Positions 10,087 through 20,300 are shown, counted from the stretch's first letter. The stretch: 38,371 bases of DNA from an uncultured bacterium (GCA_965369865.1 CBDURU010000021.1:1-38371); one strand, 5' to 3'. Notes: generated by a model from the sequence alone, not told the origin. Translations and numbers: made by a program.

Positions 10087-11217
10087 TTACCCACTCAGCT
10101 CTGCGTGGCATTTTTTCAGTTCCTCGATTATCCCTATCCCCTGTGGGCACTTCTCGATACATTCGCAGCATTCCTTGCAGTTCGACGCCCGTTCTGAGGG
10201 TTGAAGGAATATCTGGTAATAACCCTCTGCCCATTCACTGTTACGATAAATATGCAGGTCGTTGTAAATCGAAAAAATCCTCGGGATATCGACTCCTTCC
10301 TTGCACGGGACACAATACTGGCAGTCGGTGCAGGGGATAACCGTACGTTCGAGGTACAGATCCCTGATCCGGTTTATGATTTGAAGATCCTCATCTGATT
10401 GTGAGTCTGGCCGGGCGTCATCCGCAATACGGCAGTTTTCGACAACCTGTTCCATCGTGCTCATTCCGCTAAGCACGCACGATACATCATCGCGATTCCA
10501 GACCCATCGCAGGGCAAGTTCAGCCGGGGTTTTGTTTATGCTGCTCTTGTCCATGAGGGATTGAATGTTCTCCGGGATCTTTTTCGTGAGTTTCCCGCCG
10601 CGGAGTGGCTCCATGACGATAATATCCAATCCTTTTGATACGGCATATTCCAGGCCTTCGGTTCCCGCCTGGTGATTTTCATCCATGTAATTGTACTGAA
10701 TCTGGCAGAAAGTCCAGTCGAAGTCATCGACAATCGGCTTAAAAACGTCCAGATCATCATGGAAGGAAAATCCCGCGTACCCGATCCTGCCGTCCTTGAT
10801 CGCTGTTTCCATAAACTCGATGGTACCCAGGCTTTTCAGTTGCGGCCAGCGGGTTTTATCAAGTGAGTGAAGGAGATAGAATTCGATCCGGTCGGTCCGG
10901 AGTTTCTTAAGTTGTTCATTGAGATATTTATCGCAATCCTCGCGCGATTCAACCATCCACGATGGCAGTTTTGTCGCGAGATGCACTTTGTCGCGGTAGC
11001 CGCCCTTAAGAGCTTTGCCCGTGAAAGGTTCGGACGCTCCTCCATGATATGGCCACGCGGTGTCGATGTAATTAACCCCGTGATCGATGGCGTAATGGAG
11101 TATACGGGTAGCTTCGGGTTCATCGATTTTGTTCATGTCACCATCGATAACCGGCAACCGCATGCACCCGAATCCGAGAATTGAAATTTCACGGTCTGCA
11201 ATTTTTCTGTATTTCAT
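10087..11217 (-). CDS. Aldo/keto reductase with C-terminal 4Fe-4S domain
   Basis: LGFGCMRLP, DTAWPYH, ATKLP, GFSFH, MEPLRGG; CTDCQYCVPC and CKECCECIEKCP. Confidence 0.92.
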   Translation of the reverse strand: MKYRKIADREISILGFGCMRLPVIDGDMNKIDEPEATRILHYAIDHGVNYIDTAWPYHGGASEPFTGKALKGGYRDKVHLATKLPSWMVESREDCDKYLNEQLKKLRTDRIEFYLLHSLDKTRWPQLKSLGTIEFMETAIKDGRIGYAGFSFHDDLDVFKPIVDDFDWTFCQIQYNYMDENHQAGTEGLEYAVSKGLDIIVMEPLRGGKLTKKIPENIQSLMDKSSINKTPAELALRWVWNRDDVSCVLSGMSTMEQVVENCRIADDARPDSQSDEDLQIINRIRDLYLERTVIPCTDCQYCVPCKEGVDIPRIFSIYNDLHIYRNSEWAEGYYQIFLQPSERASNCKECCECIEKCPQGIGIIEELKKCHAELSG

Positions 11218-11246
11218 AAGTATCTCCAGTCCGGTTTAGTAAAAAG

Positions 11247-12362
11247 TCAATTCATTGGATCAGACAGCGATGGAAACATTATATTCCCGCCGCAACCTTC
11301 GAAGTAGGTCACTATACCGGTTTCCAGTTCGTATATCCCGATCCGGTCTTCACCATAACCTTTATACGCGTCGGCAAATGAAATGAAATTCCCATCAGGG
11401 GAAATCGACGGCTGTACCCATCCCCATCCCGTGTGCGTAGGATCATCGGCCGGCCCGATCACCTGCTCCCCGTCGTCTTCAGTCCAGGTGCAGATGTAAT
11501 AGCAATCCCCGACCATTTTTTCCCAAGAGATGATCTCCGAATTTTCACTCATTGTGGGATGCTTGATTAATTCCGGTTCAAAATTGACATGCCTTTGATC
11601 CAGAAACCGGTGCTCATCAAGCTCCCACAGAGTCACATAGCCATCTTCATGACCAATGTCACGTTCTACCGCGACACAATATTTACCGCCGGGATCGATA
11701 AATGGAAGGATGTATTCCACATCCGGAACATCTGTCATGCGGAAAATTTCCCAGTAGCTGTTTGCATCAGGCCGCTCCGCAAGAAACAAATCACCACCTG
11801 GATTGCCACCACGGTAAGAATGAAAAATAATTTTATTCCCATCCGCACTTACGCTCGGCCACCTGTCGAGCGACTGGGTAGGAGAAATTTCTACAACATT
11901 ACTGATTTCACCTTCCAGAATTATTATATCCTCGGACTCCCCCACATGATGTGTTGCAACAATATTTTCACCGGTCGCTGACTGCCTCATGTTCAGAAAA
12001 CTTCCGTTGTTTTCAGTCAGGAATTCCGGTCCTGCGGATTCCCCGATAACCATAGATGCGATATTCCACTCATCGCGGATCGGGGTACGGCCAATATTAA
12101 ATTCAATGGGCTGTAGATTTTCCGGGATTCCCATCAATCCAAGCAGGTTATGACCTTCCCCATCCCACTCAAGTTCGATTGGGACATTCGCGTTCGATCC
12201 CCAGACAAGCCTCCGGCCTTCCAGATCGAGAGGGATTGGCAGGGAGTTCGAAACGGCAAAGCCCATTGACATATCCTGGACTGTTACGCGCCCTGTCATC
12301 CATATAAACAGCCCCAGGAGGATCAGCAGCACAAGCAGTGTTATAAGGATCTTCTTTACCAT
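11247..12362 (-). CDS. TolB/PD40-type beta-propeller protein, N-terminally anchored
   Basis: N-terminal TM segment; repeated PSVSADG, PSISPDG and similar PD40 motifs. Confidence 0.7.
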   Translation of the reverse strand: MVKKILITLLVLLILLGLFIWMTGRVTVQDMSMGFAVSNSLPIPLDLEGRRLVWGSNANVPIELEWDGEGHNLLGLMGIPENLQPIEFNIGRTPIRDEWNIASMVIGESAGPEFLTENNGSFLNMRQSATGENIVATHHVGESEDIIILEGEISNVVEISPTQSLDRWPSVSADGNKIIFHSYRGGNPGGDLFLAERPDANSYWEIFRMTDVPDVEYILPFIDPGGKYCVAVERDIGHEDGYVTLWELDEHRFLDQRHVNFEPELIKHPTMSENSEIISWEKMVGDCYYICTWTEDDGEQVIGPADDPTHTGWGWVQPSISPDGNFISFADAYKGYGEDRIGIYELETGIVTYFEGCGGNIMFPSLSDPMN

Positions 12363-12412
12363 ATGTTTACAGGACTCAGTTATCGATAGCTATGCTATCA
12401 TACCATTCGAGC

Positions 12413-14353
12413 ATGGCAATTCAGTTGAAAAATATTGTCAAATCGTTCGGAGAACGGACTGTTCTCGATGGGGTCAACCTTTACCTCGCGTCCGGTGACC
12501 GTGCCGGATTGATCGGTCCGAACGGCTGCGGAAAAACCACGCTGATAAGGATAATTTCAGGCCATGAGGAGAAGGACTCGGGCTTATTATCGCTGCCTGG
12601 TGAAAATTTCAAACTTGGACATCTCGAACAATTTACAAATGTCGAACCGGGAGGGACACTTTTCTCGGAGGCCATGCGTGGAGCGGGAAAACTTCGCAGG
12701 ATGGAAACCAGGCTCCGTGAACTCGAAGAACGTATGGCAGGTGAAAATCCGGATGATGTCAGGGCCGCTGGGAATGAGTATTCTGATTTACTCCAGAAAT
12801 TCGAGCATGCCGGTGGGTACACTTTTGAAACCGAAGTTAAGTCGATCCTGACAGGGCTTGGATTTCGGGAATTTGATTGGGGTAAACCGGCTGAGGGGCT
12901 TTCGGGCGGGGAACGTACACGCCTAGCGCTCACCAGGCTTCTCGCGGATAAACCCGACTTTATTCTCCTCGATGAGCCGACAAATCATCTCGATCTTCCC
13001 GCAATTGAATGGCTGGAAGCGACCTTAAAAAATTTCGATGGCGGTTACCTCATAATCAGCCACGACAGAAGGTTTCTCGATTCATCATGCCCTGTGCTTT
13101 TCGAGCTCGAAGGTGGAAAAATCTCGCGTTACACCGGGGGTTATGAAGGTTTTTTAAAACAGAAAGCCGAGAAGCTTGAACGTGAACGGAAAATGATCGA
13201 TGCGCAGGAGAAGGAGATTAAACAGCTTAAGATATTTATCTCGAGATGGTCGAAAGACAAGCTTAGAGCCAGCATGGCGATGAGCAGGAAGAAAAAGCTT
13301 GATAAAATCGAAGCAAGTTTGGTCGAGGAGTCGAAACATGACCGTGCCGGAATGCATCTGAAATTTGAATCATCGGTAAGGTCTTTTGACGAGGTTGTTA
13401 CGCTTAAGGGAATTCAAAAAAGGTTCAGCGATACCCCTCTTCTCGATAATGTGACTTTCTCCGTCCGACTTGGGGACCGGCTCGCGGTTATCGGACGTAA
13501 CGGCACCGGAAAAACCACTATGCTCCGGATTATGAACGGTGAGATCGAACAGGATGAGGGTGAACTCTGGTGGGGTGAGAGGACTGTCCGGGGTTATTTC
13601 TCGCAGACAATGGAGGAGCTTGATCTCGATAATGACGTAATCAGCGAACTTCTCAGACTCGGACGCGGTGTCGGCGTGCAGGAAGGACGAGACCTGCTCG
13701 GGCGGTTTCTCTTCTCAGGCGATGATACTGAAAAAAGAGTGGGGGATCTGTCGGGCGGTGAGCGAAGTAAATTAATGTTCGCTATCCTGCTGACACGCAA
13801 ATCCAACTGCCTGATTCTCGATGAGCCTACGAACCACCTTGACCTTCCAAGCCTGGAGATCCTGGAGGAAGCGTTACAGGAGTATGATGGCACCCTCGTT
13901 TTTGTAAGTCACGACCGGGCGTTTATCGATCGCCTGGCGACCAATACTCTCGAACTTGGGGACGGGAAGGCCAGGATGTATATTGGGAATTATTCCGACC
14001 TCCTTTACAGAAAACAACAGGAGAAATTTGAAAGGGAAGAAGCCGGGAGATATCAAAGGCAACTCGAACTTGAGTCGGACAAAAGAGACCGGGCCAGGCA
14101 GAAAAGAAGAAAAAAATCAGGTAGATCCCGCGACACCGGATCCCAGGAAGGGGGAACGGTCAGGAAATCACCTGAAAATGTGATGGGTGAGATAGAGTTA
14201 ATCGAAGTCCAGATACGGACTCTTGAAGAAGAACTGAACCAGCCTGAAGTGTATATGGACTTCGAAAAAGCCGGGAAACTGAGCAAGGTAATCCTCTCTA
14301 AAAAATCGGAACGCGATGGCCTTTTTAAACTCCTGGAGGAGAGCATGGAGTGA
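12413..14353 (+). CDS. ABC-F family ATPase
   Basis: Two ABC cassettes (GPNGCGKTT/LSGGE/LDEPTNHLD and GRNGTGKTT/LSGGE/LDEPTNHLD), no TM domain, C-terminal coiled coil. Start moved to ATG 12413; the ORF track starts at 12392. Confidence 0.92.
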   Translation: MAIQLKNIVKSFGERTVLDGVNLYLASGDRAGLIGPNGCGKTTLIRIISGHEEKDSGLLSLPGENFKLGHLEQFTNVEPGGTLFSEAMRGAGKLRRMETRLRELEERMAGENPDDVRAAGNEYSDLLQKFEHAGGYTFETEVKSILTGLGFREFDWGKPAEGLSGGERTRLALTRLLADKPDFILLDEPTNHLDLPAIEWLEATLKNFDGGYLIISHDRRFLDSSCPVLFELEGGKISRYTGGYEGFLKQKAEKLERERKMIDAQEKEIKQLKIFISRWSKDKLRASMAMSRKKKLDKIEASLVEESKHDRAGMHLKFESSVRSFDEVVTLKGIQKRFSDTPLLDNVTFSVRLGDRLAVIGRNGTGKTTMLRIMNGEIEQDEGELWWGERTVRGYFSQTMEELDLDNDVISELLRLGRGVGVQEGRDLLGRFLFSGDDTEKRVGDLSGGERSKLMFAILLTRKSNCLILDEPTNHLDLPSLEILEEALQEYDGTLVFVSHDRAFIDRLATNTLELGDGKARMYIGNYSDLLYRKQQEKFEREEAGRYQRQLELESDKRDRARQKRRKKSGRSRDTGSQEGGTVRKSPENVMGEIELIEVQIRTLEEELNQPEVYMDFEKAGKLSKVILSKKSERDGLFKLLEESME

Positions 14354-14383
14354 TTTCACCTCATCAATGGCCTTACAATTCTG

Positions 14384-14389
14384 TATAAT
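14384..14389 (+). promoter_or_regulatory. -10 box of a probable leaderless transcript
   Basis: TATAAT 8 nt before ATG 14398; no Shine-Dalgarno sequence. Confidence 0.55.
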
Positions 14390-14397
14390 ACCCCCTG

Positions 14398-16440
14398 ATG
14401 CCTAAACCGGTTGAGATACTCTCGGTTTCCATCGGCTCATCGAAGCGCGACCATGACTTCACCACGTCGCTACTGGGCCGCGATTACCACGTGCGCAGAA
14501 TCGGGACAGATGGAGACAAGTGGAAGGCGATCCGGTTAATCAGGGAAGCAGATGAAAGTGGCGGCGTTGCCGCGATCGGCCTCGGCGGTGCCGATGTATA
14601 TTTTCATGTGGGCGGACGAACGTACGTACACCAGGACACAAAACGCTTTATCGATGCTTCGAAAAATACTCCGGTCGTGGATGGCGCCGGGCTTAAGCAA
14701 ACCCTCGAACGATGGGCGATCAAGTGGGTGCTGGAGAAACGTCCGGGCCTGTTTGACGATAAGAAAACCCTCGTTATGTCGGGGCTTGACCGGTGGGGTG
14801 TCGCGGAGGTTCTCGGCGAGTACACGAGTAAATTCATATTCGGCGATTTCATGTATGCCCTGAAGCTTCCCTTCTCGATGCGATCCTTGAGAACTGTGGC
14901 TGTTACAGCGAAATGGCTGATGCCAATCCTGACCAACATTCCATTCGAGGCGATTTACCCCACGGGAAAACGGCAGGAGACAGTCAGGCCGATTTTCCAG
15001 AAACCGTTTGGCTGGGCGGACGTCATAGTCGGGGATTATCATTACATCCGCCGCTACGCGCCAAACGACCTGGAAGGGAAAATTGTCGTTACTAATACAG
15101 TCATGGAGGCCGATGAGGAGGACCTGAAGGGCCGCGGGGTCACAACTCTTATAACCACTACGCCGGAAATGGGGGGTAGAAGTTTCGGAGCGAATATCCT
15201 CGAAGCGATTTTTGTCGCTCACCTTAAGGAGGAAGGCGAGAGTATCAATGACCTGACGCACTCCCAGTTATATGACCGATACATCAACCTGATATTGAAA
15301 TCCCGAATCGAGCCGAGATTGATCGATCTCGCCCCTGAACATGTGCCCGATATCCCGAAATTCTCCTTCGTCATGCATCCGATAACTGTTGAATATCTCT
15401 GGCGGAAGAAGGAACTTCAATTTCTGAAAGCGCTTCCGAAGGGACTTGTTGAGGAATCGGCAGCAATCGCGCCGCCATTTTTCGTATCGAAAGCTACCGG
15501 CATAAAAACTCCTGAAGGTCGGGAAATTGTTGGATATTTCTACGCTATCGGCGCCACGCCGAAAATGATGACGAAGCATCCGCCGGAACTCTTCTACAGG
15601 CAGATCCAGAGGATATCGAAATGGGCTGAAAAAAAAGGCGCATCGGTCCTTGGACTGGGAGCGCATACGAGTGTTGTGGGCGACGCGGGGGTAAGTGTCG
15701 CGCAAAGAAGCCCAATCGCTATAACCACGGGTAATTCCTATACTATCTGGGCACTGCACGAGACGGTTAAATACGGCTCGGGTAAACTTGGTATCGATAT
15801 CCCGGGCTGCCGCGCGATGGTGATCGGGGCTACCGGTTCTATTGGCAAGGCGATTACGAAACTGCTCGCGGAGGATGTCAAGGAGCTTGTACTGGTGGCT
15901 CCTAAACCAGAACGCCTTATGGAGCTGGCGCGGTCGCTTGAAAGCAAGGCTGCGAGTGAAGGTCGGGAGCTGAAAGTCGATGTCGCTACTGTGCCAGATG
16001 AATTTCTCTCCGCAATCGATATAGTCGTGGCTTCGTCAAGCGCCCGTGGGGGAATTATCGATGTAATGAAGCTGAAATCAGGCGCGCTGGTATGCGATGT
16101 CGCGATGCCGCCGGATGTTTCGAGGGAGGAAGCGGGAAAGAGGGACGATATCCTGGTCATTGAGTCCGGCGAAATATTAATCCCCGGCGACGTCCACTGG
16201 GGTGTGCACCTTGGACTCCCGAAAAATGTGGGATTCGCGTGCCTCGCGGAGACAATTCTTCTTGGGCTTGAAGGCAGAGATGATAATTTCACTCTTGGAC
16301 GTGAGATCAATATCGATAAAGTGAAGGAAATCGGAGAAATCGGAAAGGAGCACGGGTTCAAACTGGCTCCGATTATGGCATTCGGAAAGGAAGTAAGCGA
16401 CGAGGAAATTGAGAGGATCAGGAGCAGGGTGAAGAGGTAG
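14398..16440 (+). CDS. Two-domain protein: uncharacterised N-terminal domain fused to an acyl-ACP-reductase-like NAD(P) Rossmann domain
   Basis: C-terminal half has LGAHTSVVG, TTGNSYT, GATGSIG, DVAMPPD and FACLAET, paralleling motifs of cyanobacterial long-chain acyl-ACP reductase. Confidence 0.7.
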   Translation: MPKPVEILSVSIGSSKRDHDFTTSLLGRDYHVRRIGTDGDKWKAIRLIREADESGGVAAIGLGGADVYFHVGGRTYVHQDTKRFIDASKNTPVVDGAGLKQTLERWAIKWVLEKRPGLFDDKKTLVMSGLDRWGVAEVLGEYTSKFIFGDFMYALKLPFSMRSLRTVAVTAKWLMPILTNIPFEAIYPTGKRQETVRPIFQKPFGWADVIVGDYHYIRRYAPNDLEGKIVVTNTVMEADEEDLKGRGVTTLITTTPEMGGRSFGANILEAIFVAHLKEEGESINDLTHSQLYDRYINLILKSRIEPRLIDLAPEHVPDIPKFSFVMHPITVEYLWRKKELQFLKALPKGLVEESAAIAPPFFVSKATGIKTPEGREIVGYFYAIGATPKMMTKHPPELFYRQIQRISKWAEKKGASVLGLGAHTSVVGDAGVSVAQRSPIAITTGNSYTIWALHETVKYGSGKLGIDIPGCRAMVIGATGSIGKAITKLLAEDVKELVLVAPKPERLMELARSLESKAASEGRELKVDVATVPDEFLSAIDIVVASSSARGGIIDVMKLKSGALVCDVAMPPDVSREEAGKRDDILVIESGEILIPGDVHWGVHLGLPKNVGFACLAETILLGLEGRDDNFTLGREINIDKVKEIGEIGKEHGFKLAPIMAFGKEVSDEEIERIRSRVKR

Positions 16441-16462
16441 GGGGTCCATGTATCGGAAATTT

Positions 16463-16549
16463 GTATCAGAGCCGCGAATGTCAATGAGCGGTCTGCCATG
16501 TCCACTCACCGAAACCTATACCCCTCGCTTACGTTCGGGGCTCTGATAC
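16463..16549. repeat. Inverted pair of REP-like repeats (REPIN-like), same family as 8331-8390
   Basis: GTATCAGAGCCGCGAATGTCAATGAGCGG (16463-16491) matches the reverse complement of 16521-16549 (GTATCAGAGCCCCGAACGTAAGCGAGGGG) at 23/29 positions. Confidence 0.75.
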
Positions 16550-16581
16550 GTGGTTAGAATATTGTGTAAGCCCCGGGGTTA

Positions 16582-16721
16582 GGGGCTGTTGATAAAGTAC
16601 TAAATCCCGTAGCGCAGGACGCTGGCCTGCTGTACCGCGGACGGCCCGTCCGCATGGAGAGCGGTATCGGAAGTTTTGATCCCTTGTGATTTTTCAGTTT
16701 AATAACTTTTTCAACAGCCCC
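16582..16721. mobile_element. 140-bp MITE with 17-bp terminal inverted repeats and a 4-bp GTTA target-site duplication
   Basis: Left end GGGGCTGTTGATAAAGT, right end ACTTTTTCAACAGCCCC (16/17 match); GTTA at 16578-16581 and 16722-16725; no ORF inside. Confidence 0.8.
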
Positions 16722-17021
16722 GTTAACCGGGGCTTACTGGTACTGCCCCCAACTAAATTGGTAAATCTATTTAACTGGGAACACCATTCTCTTCCGCACT
16801 GAAAAATGATGTCCCCAGTATCTGGCTGAATTTCATGCCTGTAATAAGGCCCTTACAAGGGATCGAAATAAGGGATAAATTGTGTAAAGCGCATCGGGTA
16901 ATCTCCTGGTGTCCAAAAAAAATTGGGGGAAATGGGTACTGCGAGGTTACCTTGTATTTAATATTAGTTCCTTAAATTGTCAAGGGGACCAGTTAATGAA
17001 AATTGAAATTTCGTGGGAGAG

Positions 17022-18584
17022 TTATTCCAGTTGGCCCAGATATTCTGCCAGGGGGTCATCGGGATCGCAAAGCAGCCATAGATAATAATCACGGGCAAAT
17101 TGCATGGACCTGATTGGTTCCATCCCTTCTTCTATGCATCTCGACATCAATTCATCTCCAAAATCTGTCCTGGCATGGAATTCGCTATCACTTTCCGAGA
17201 TCAGGATCATCAGGTCGGGGTCTCGGGAGATAACGTAATCCGCTACATCCGCGCGATCAAACGATATTTCAGCATTGTTGAGCCCGATTGTGTCTATCGA
17301 TTCCCAATCCGAATAATAAGGTATTGCCCCGGCATCGGCGCACGCCAGTATGGGTTTACCGTCAGGTTTTTCATAATTACCAAGGTGCCTGGCAAGACGA
17401 ATATGGCATTCCCCGAGCGACCAGGCGTAGTTCTGCTTATCAAAAATACTTAATTTTGCGTTGGGTACAAGTAACATTCCAATCCCAAGGCTGACCACTA
17501 AAATAATTATTGACCCGGTAACCAGACCCGCACCGCCGGGTTTCCATTTTTCCAACCTCTTTAAAACAATCCCGGCTCCCAGCGCGGCAATAATGAAAAA
17601 CATCGGGACAACGGGATACAGGTATCGGAAAATATAGGACATCGTGTGATACGGCACAATAAATAACACCAGGACCAGGACGGACGCGATGATTCCGGGC
17701 AGGAGTTTTTTTCCCGCGCCGAAAAACCCGATTATTATTGGGATTCCGTAGAAAATGCCAATCACCCGGATGAATTTAACCACCTCATTTATGCCGTGGA
17801 AATTACCCGTATCTCCTGTCACAATTTTTACGTACGCCGGAAGCGGGAGCGGTAGCCCGTAATATGTATAACGCCAGAAGTAGTAGATCACCGCGGGGAG
17901 CAGGTATCCAAGAGCAATTGCCTTGATACATCCAATGCGTTTGTCATTCGGGATTAAAACCACGACAACCAACAAATCGATTATCGCGATTATATTACCT
18001 TCGGGTCTTGTCAGTCCCGCGAGGATGGCTGCAAGCGTAATCCCATATGCCGTGCGGGTTGTCGGGTTGTCAATATATCTGGCACTTTGATGAAAGAGCA
18101 GCAGAACCAGGAATGAAAACATGGCGGTTTCCATCCCCGCGACCGCGTGGGCCGATGTCGCGTAAAATGTCGCGAGAAGGGTAACCACCACAGACGCAGG
18201 CAGGATTCTTGATTTCCTGTCGAGAAAATCGCATAAATAATGAGTAAATATAAAAGCGAGAATTAAAAATCCCAGTGTAAAAATAACTCCGGTGATTTTT
18301 GAAAATACCACCGGATCAAGTTTCAATAGATGCGGGATGGTCATCAGGATCATCCACGTGAACGATGTATATCCTTCGACTGGGGGGCCTCCGGGATTAA
18401 AAGTCGGCCCAAAACCATCCGCCAGGTTACGGGAGTACCTGAATGTGATAAACGCGTCGTCTACTGTGAAAGGAACAAACTGCCAGAGGTAATACAGAAA
18501 CATAAAAACAGCGAGAATAAGCAGAATGAGCGATGTGAGAATCAACCCGTATGCGGTGGGATTCTGATTGTTACCAGTAGTCAT
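17022..18584 (-). CDS. Multi-TM GT-C-like glycosyltransferase
   Basis: DDAFITFRYSRNL..G.G..FN, EGYTS, GMET, LTRPEG, RYLYP and DAGAIPYY motifs; many TM helices. Confidence 0.75.
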   Translation of the reverse strand: MTTGNNQNPTAYGLILTSLILLILAVFMFLYYLWQFVPFTVDDAFITFRYSRNLADGFGPTFNPGGPPVEGYTSFTWMILMTIPHLLKLDPVVFSKITGVIFTLGFLILAFIFTHYLCDFLDRKSRILPASVVVTLLATFYATSAHAVAGMETAMFSFLVLLLFHQSARYIDNPTTRTAYGITLAAILAGLTRPEGNIIAIIDLLVVVVLIPNDKRIGCIKAIALGYLLPAVIYYFWRYTYYGLPLPLPAYVKIVTGDTGNFHGINEVVKFIRVIGIFYGIPIIIGFFGAGKKLLPGIIASVLVLVLFIVPYHTMSYIFRYLYPVVPMFFIIAALGAGIVLKRLEKWKPGGAGLVTGSIIILVVSLGIGMLLVPNAKLSIFDKQNYAWSLGECHIRLARHLGNYEKPDGKPILACADAGAIPYYSDWESIDTIGLNNAEISFDRADVADYVISRDPDLMILISESDSEFHARTDFGDELMSRCIEEGMEPIRSMQFARDYYLWLLCDPDDPLAEYLGQLE

Positions 18585-18620
18585 TGGAATGGGTACGTAT
18601 TGTACAACAAAAGAGACTTG

Positions 18621-19436
18621 TCAGAACCTTGCGCTCTTTAACACATCACGGACCATTTTGCACGCTTTCTTCGGGATCTCGGGGATCATTTTGTGCAGTA
18701 AATTCCTAAGCTTGTCGTTATTCGCGAGAAAAACCTTGATGACTTCCTCGTGCGTGACTGGCTTGACATTCGGATCGCCCTCCAGACCGACATCGTAATC
18801 CGTGATCAACGCGATCATCGCGTACCCGATCCCCAGTTCCCGCGCGAGATACGCCTCCGGATACTGGGTCATGTTGATTACTTCCCATCCCATCCTTGTA
18901 AACCATTTGCTCTCAGCTTTCGTCGAGAATCTCGGTCCCTGGATGACAACGACAGTACCTTTATCGTGCACCGGAATTTTCAGTTTTTTAGCGGTATCAA
19001 TTGCGATTTTTCTTAATGTCGGACAGTACGGTTCAGCCATCGCGACATGGGTGGTTACCGGGCCGTCATAAAACGTGTCTTTCCTTCCGGTCGTACGGTC
19101 GACAAACTGGTCGCAGATTACGAAATGACCGGGAGGAATATCCGCCTGGAGGCTTCCCGACGCGCAGGGTCCGATGATATTTTTCACACCAAGCGCTTTC
19201 ATCGCCCACAGGTTCGCGCGATAGTTGATCATGTGCGGTGGAAGCGTATGGCCACCTCCGTGACGCGGAAGGAACGCGACCGATCGTCCGGCGATTTTGC
19301 CCACCGTGACTTTATCAGATGGAAATCCGTACGGCGTTTCCACCCACAATTCCTCGGCTTTATTTAAAAGTGAATAAAATCCTGAACCCCCGAAAACGCC
19401 GATCTCGGCTGATAGTTTCGGTTTTGGAAATGACAT
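18621..19436 (-). CDS. mtnP: S-methyl-5'-thioadenosine phosphorylase
   Basis: GVFGGSG, TPYG, PRHG..H..PPH.INYRAN, GPRFSTKAES, INMT, TDYD. Confidence 0.92.
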   Translation of the reverse strand: MSFPKPKLSAEIGVFGGSGFYSLLNKAEELWVETPYGFPSDKVTVGKIAGRSVAFLPRHGGGHTLPPHMINYRANLWAMKALGVKNIIGPCASGSLQADIPPGHFVICDQFVDRTTGRKDTFYDGPVTTHVAMAEPYCPTLRKIAIDTAKKLKIPVHDKGTVVVIQGPRFSTKAESKWFTRMGWEVINMTQYPEAYLARELGIGYAMIALITDYDVGLEGDPNVKPVTHEEVIKVFLANNDKLRNLLHKMIPEIPKKACKMVRDVLKSARF

Positions 19437-19474
19437 GATAAATCCTCCTTAGACTTTAACTCGAACCAGTGTGG

Positions 19475-19504
19475 AGTGTACATATTGTGGGGGCTGTGTG
19501 TCAA
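19475..19504 (-). promoter_or_regulatory. Sigma70-type promoter for mtnP
   Basis: Minus strand TTGACA-18 nt-TACACT; AAGGAGG RBS downstream. Confidence 0.6.
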
Positions 19505-19517
19505 ATGGGGGAGGATT

Positions 19518-20300
19518 TTATTGCCAAATCCCCCGTCTGCGTTTTTCTAATAAGGATGGGAGTATTCGAGCAAGGATTACAGCCGGAACCGAAAGCATTA
19601 AAATAATTGTAACGTAATGCCAGGGAATCTCTTCTCCGATTATGTTGATGTAGGGTCCAATGTTATTGGTAAAAAATGGCCCACTAAATATCGATAGTAT
19701 CAGGATCCATACAACGATGGATGATAGGGTTTTACCAACAGGTGCTTTTGTATCCTTTAGCAGAACTATAGCCAGACTGGATTTTAGCAGGTATTCATGC
19801 AAAACAAGCCAGTTTAAATAAAGTAGAATTACAGCTACCCATACAAGACTTCGGTATGCCACTGAAGAAGAGATGAGTACCGATATCAGGAAATATACCC
19901 AGGTCAGAATAACCATTGGCTTACGATGCCGTCGGTTAAAATCGCGAACCCATCGTTTTAATTCATCCAGGATATATTTTGAGTGTATCGGCGTAGAGAG
20001 CACTTCATCCAATCCGAGAGCGTACCTTCCATTCGGCACAATAAACAGGTAATCAATAACAGTGACTAATAGCTGGGCCACAACCAGATAGTAAAGCATG
20101 TATGAATAAGCAAGGTCCAAACCTTGGTTTATGGTCAAGATCATAATCAGACCAGCAGCGAAAATAACAGCAGCGATTATCCAGAATGTTGAATTTACTA
20201 TTTTGTCATACCCGAGCGATTTCAAACGTCGTTTCTCTAACCAGTTGTAATAATAACGGTCGTTTGGAATCTCTCCATATTTGGTAAATGTCTTGGGCAT
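19518..20300 (-). CDS. Hypothetical membrane protein
   Basis: 260-aa ORF with about 6 hydrophobic segments; AT-richer than its neighbours. Confidence 0.65.
   Translation of the reverse strand: MPKTFTKYGEIPNDRYYYNWLEKRRLKSLGYDKIVNSTFWIIAAVIFAAGLIMILTINQGLDLAYSYMLYYLVVAQLLVTVIDYLFIVPNGRYALGLDEVLSTPIHSKYILDELKRWVRDFNRRHRKPMVILTWVYFLISVLISSSVAYRSLVWVAVILLYLNWLVLHEYLLKSSLAIVLLKDTKAPVGKTLSSIVVWILILSIFSGPFFTNNIGPYINIIGEEIPWHYVTIILMLSVPAVILARILPSLLEKRRRGIWQ

Noticed and set aside
16740..17020. Additional repeat or ncRNA in the intergenic stretch
   Set aside because: Only scattered short GGGGAC/GTCCCC-like words are present; I could not define consistent arms or a fold.
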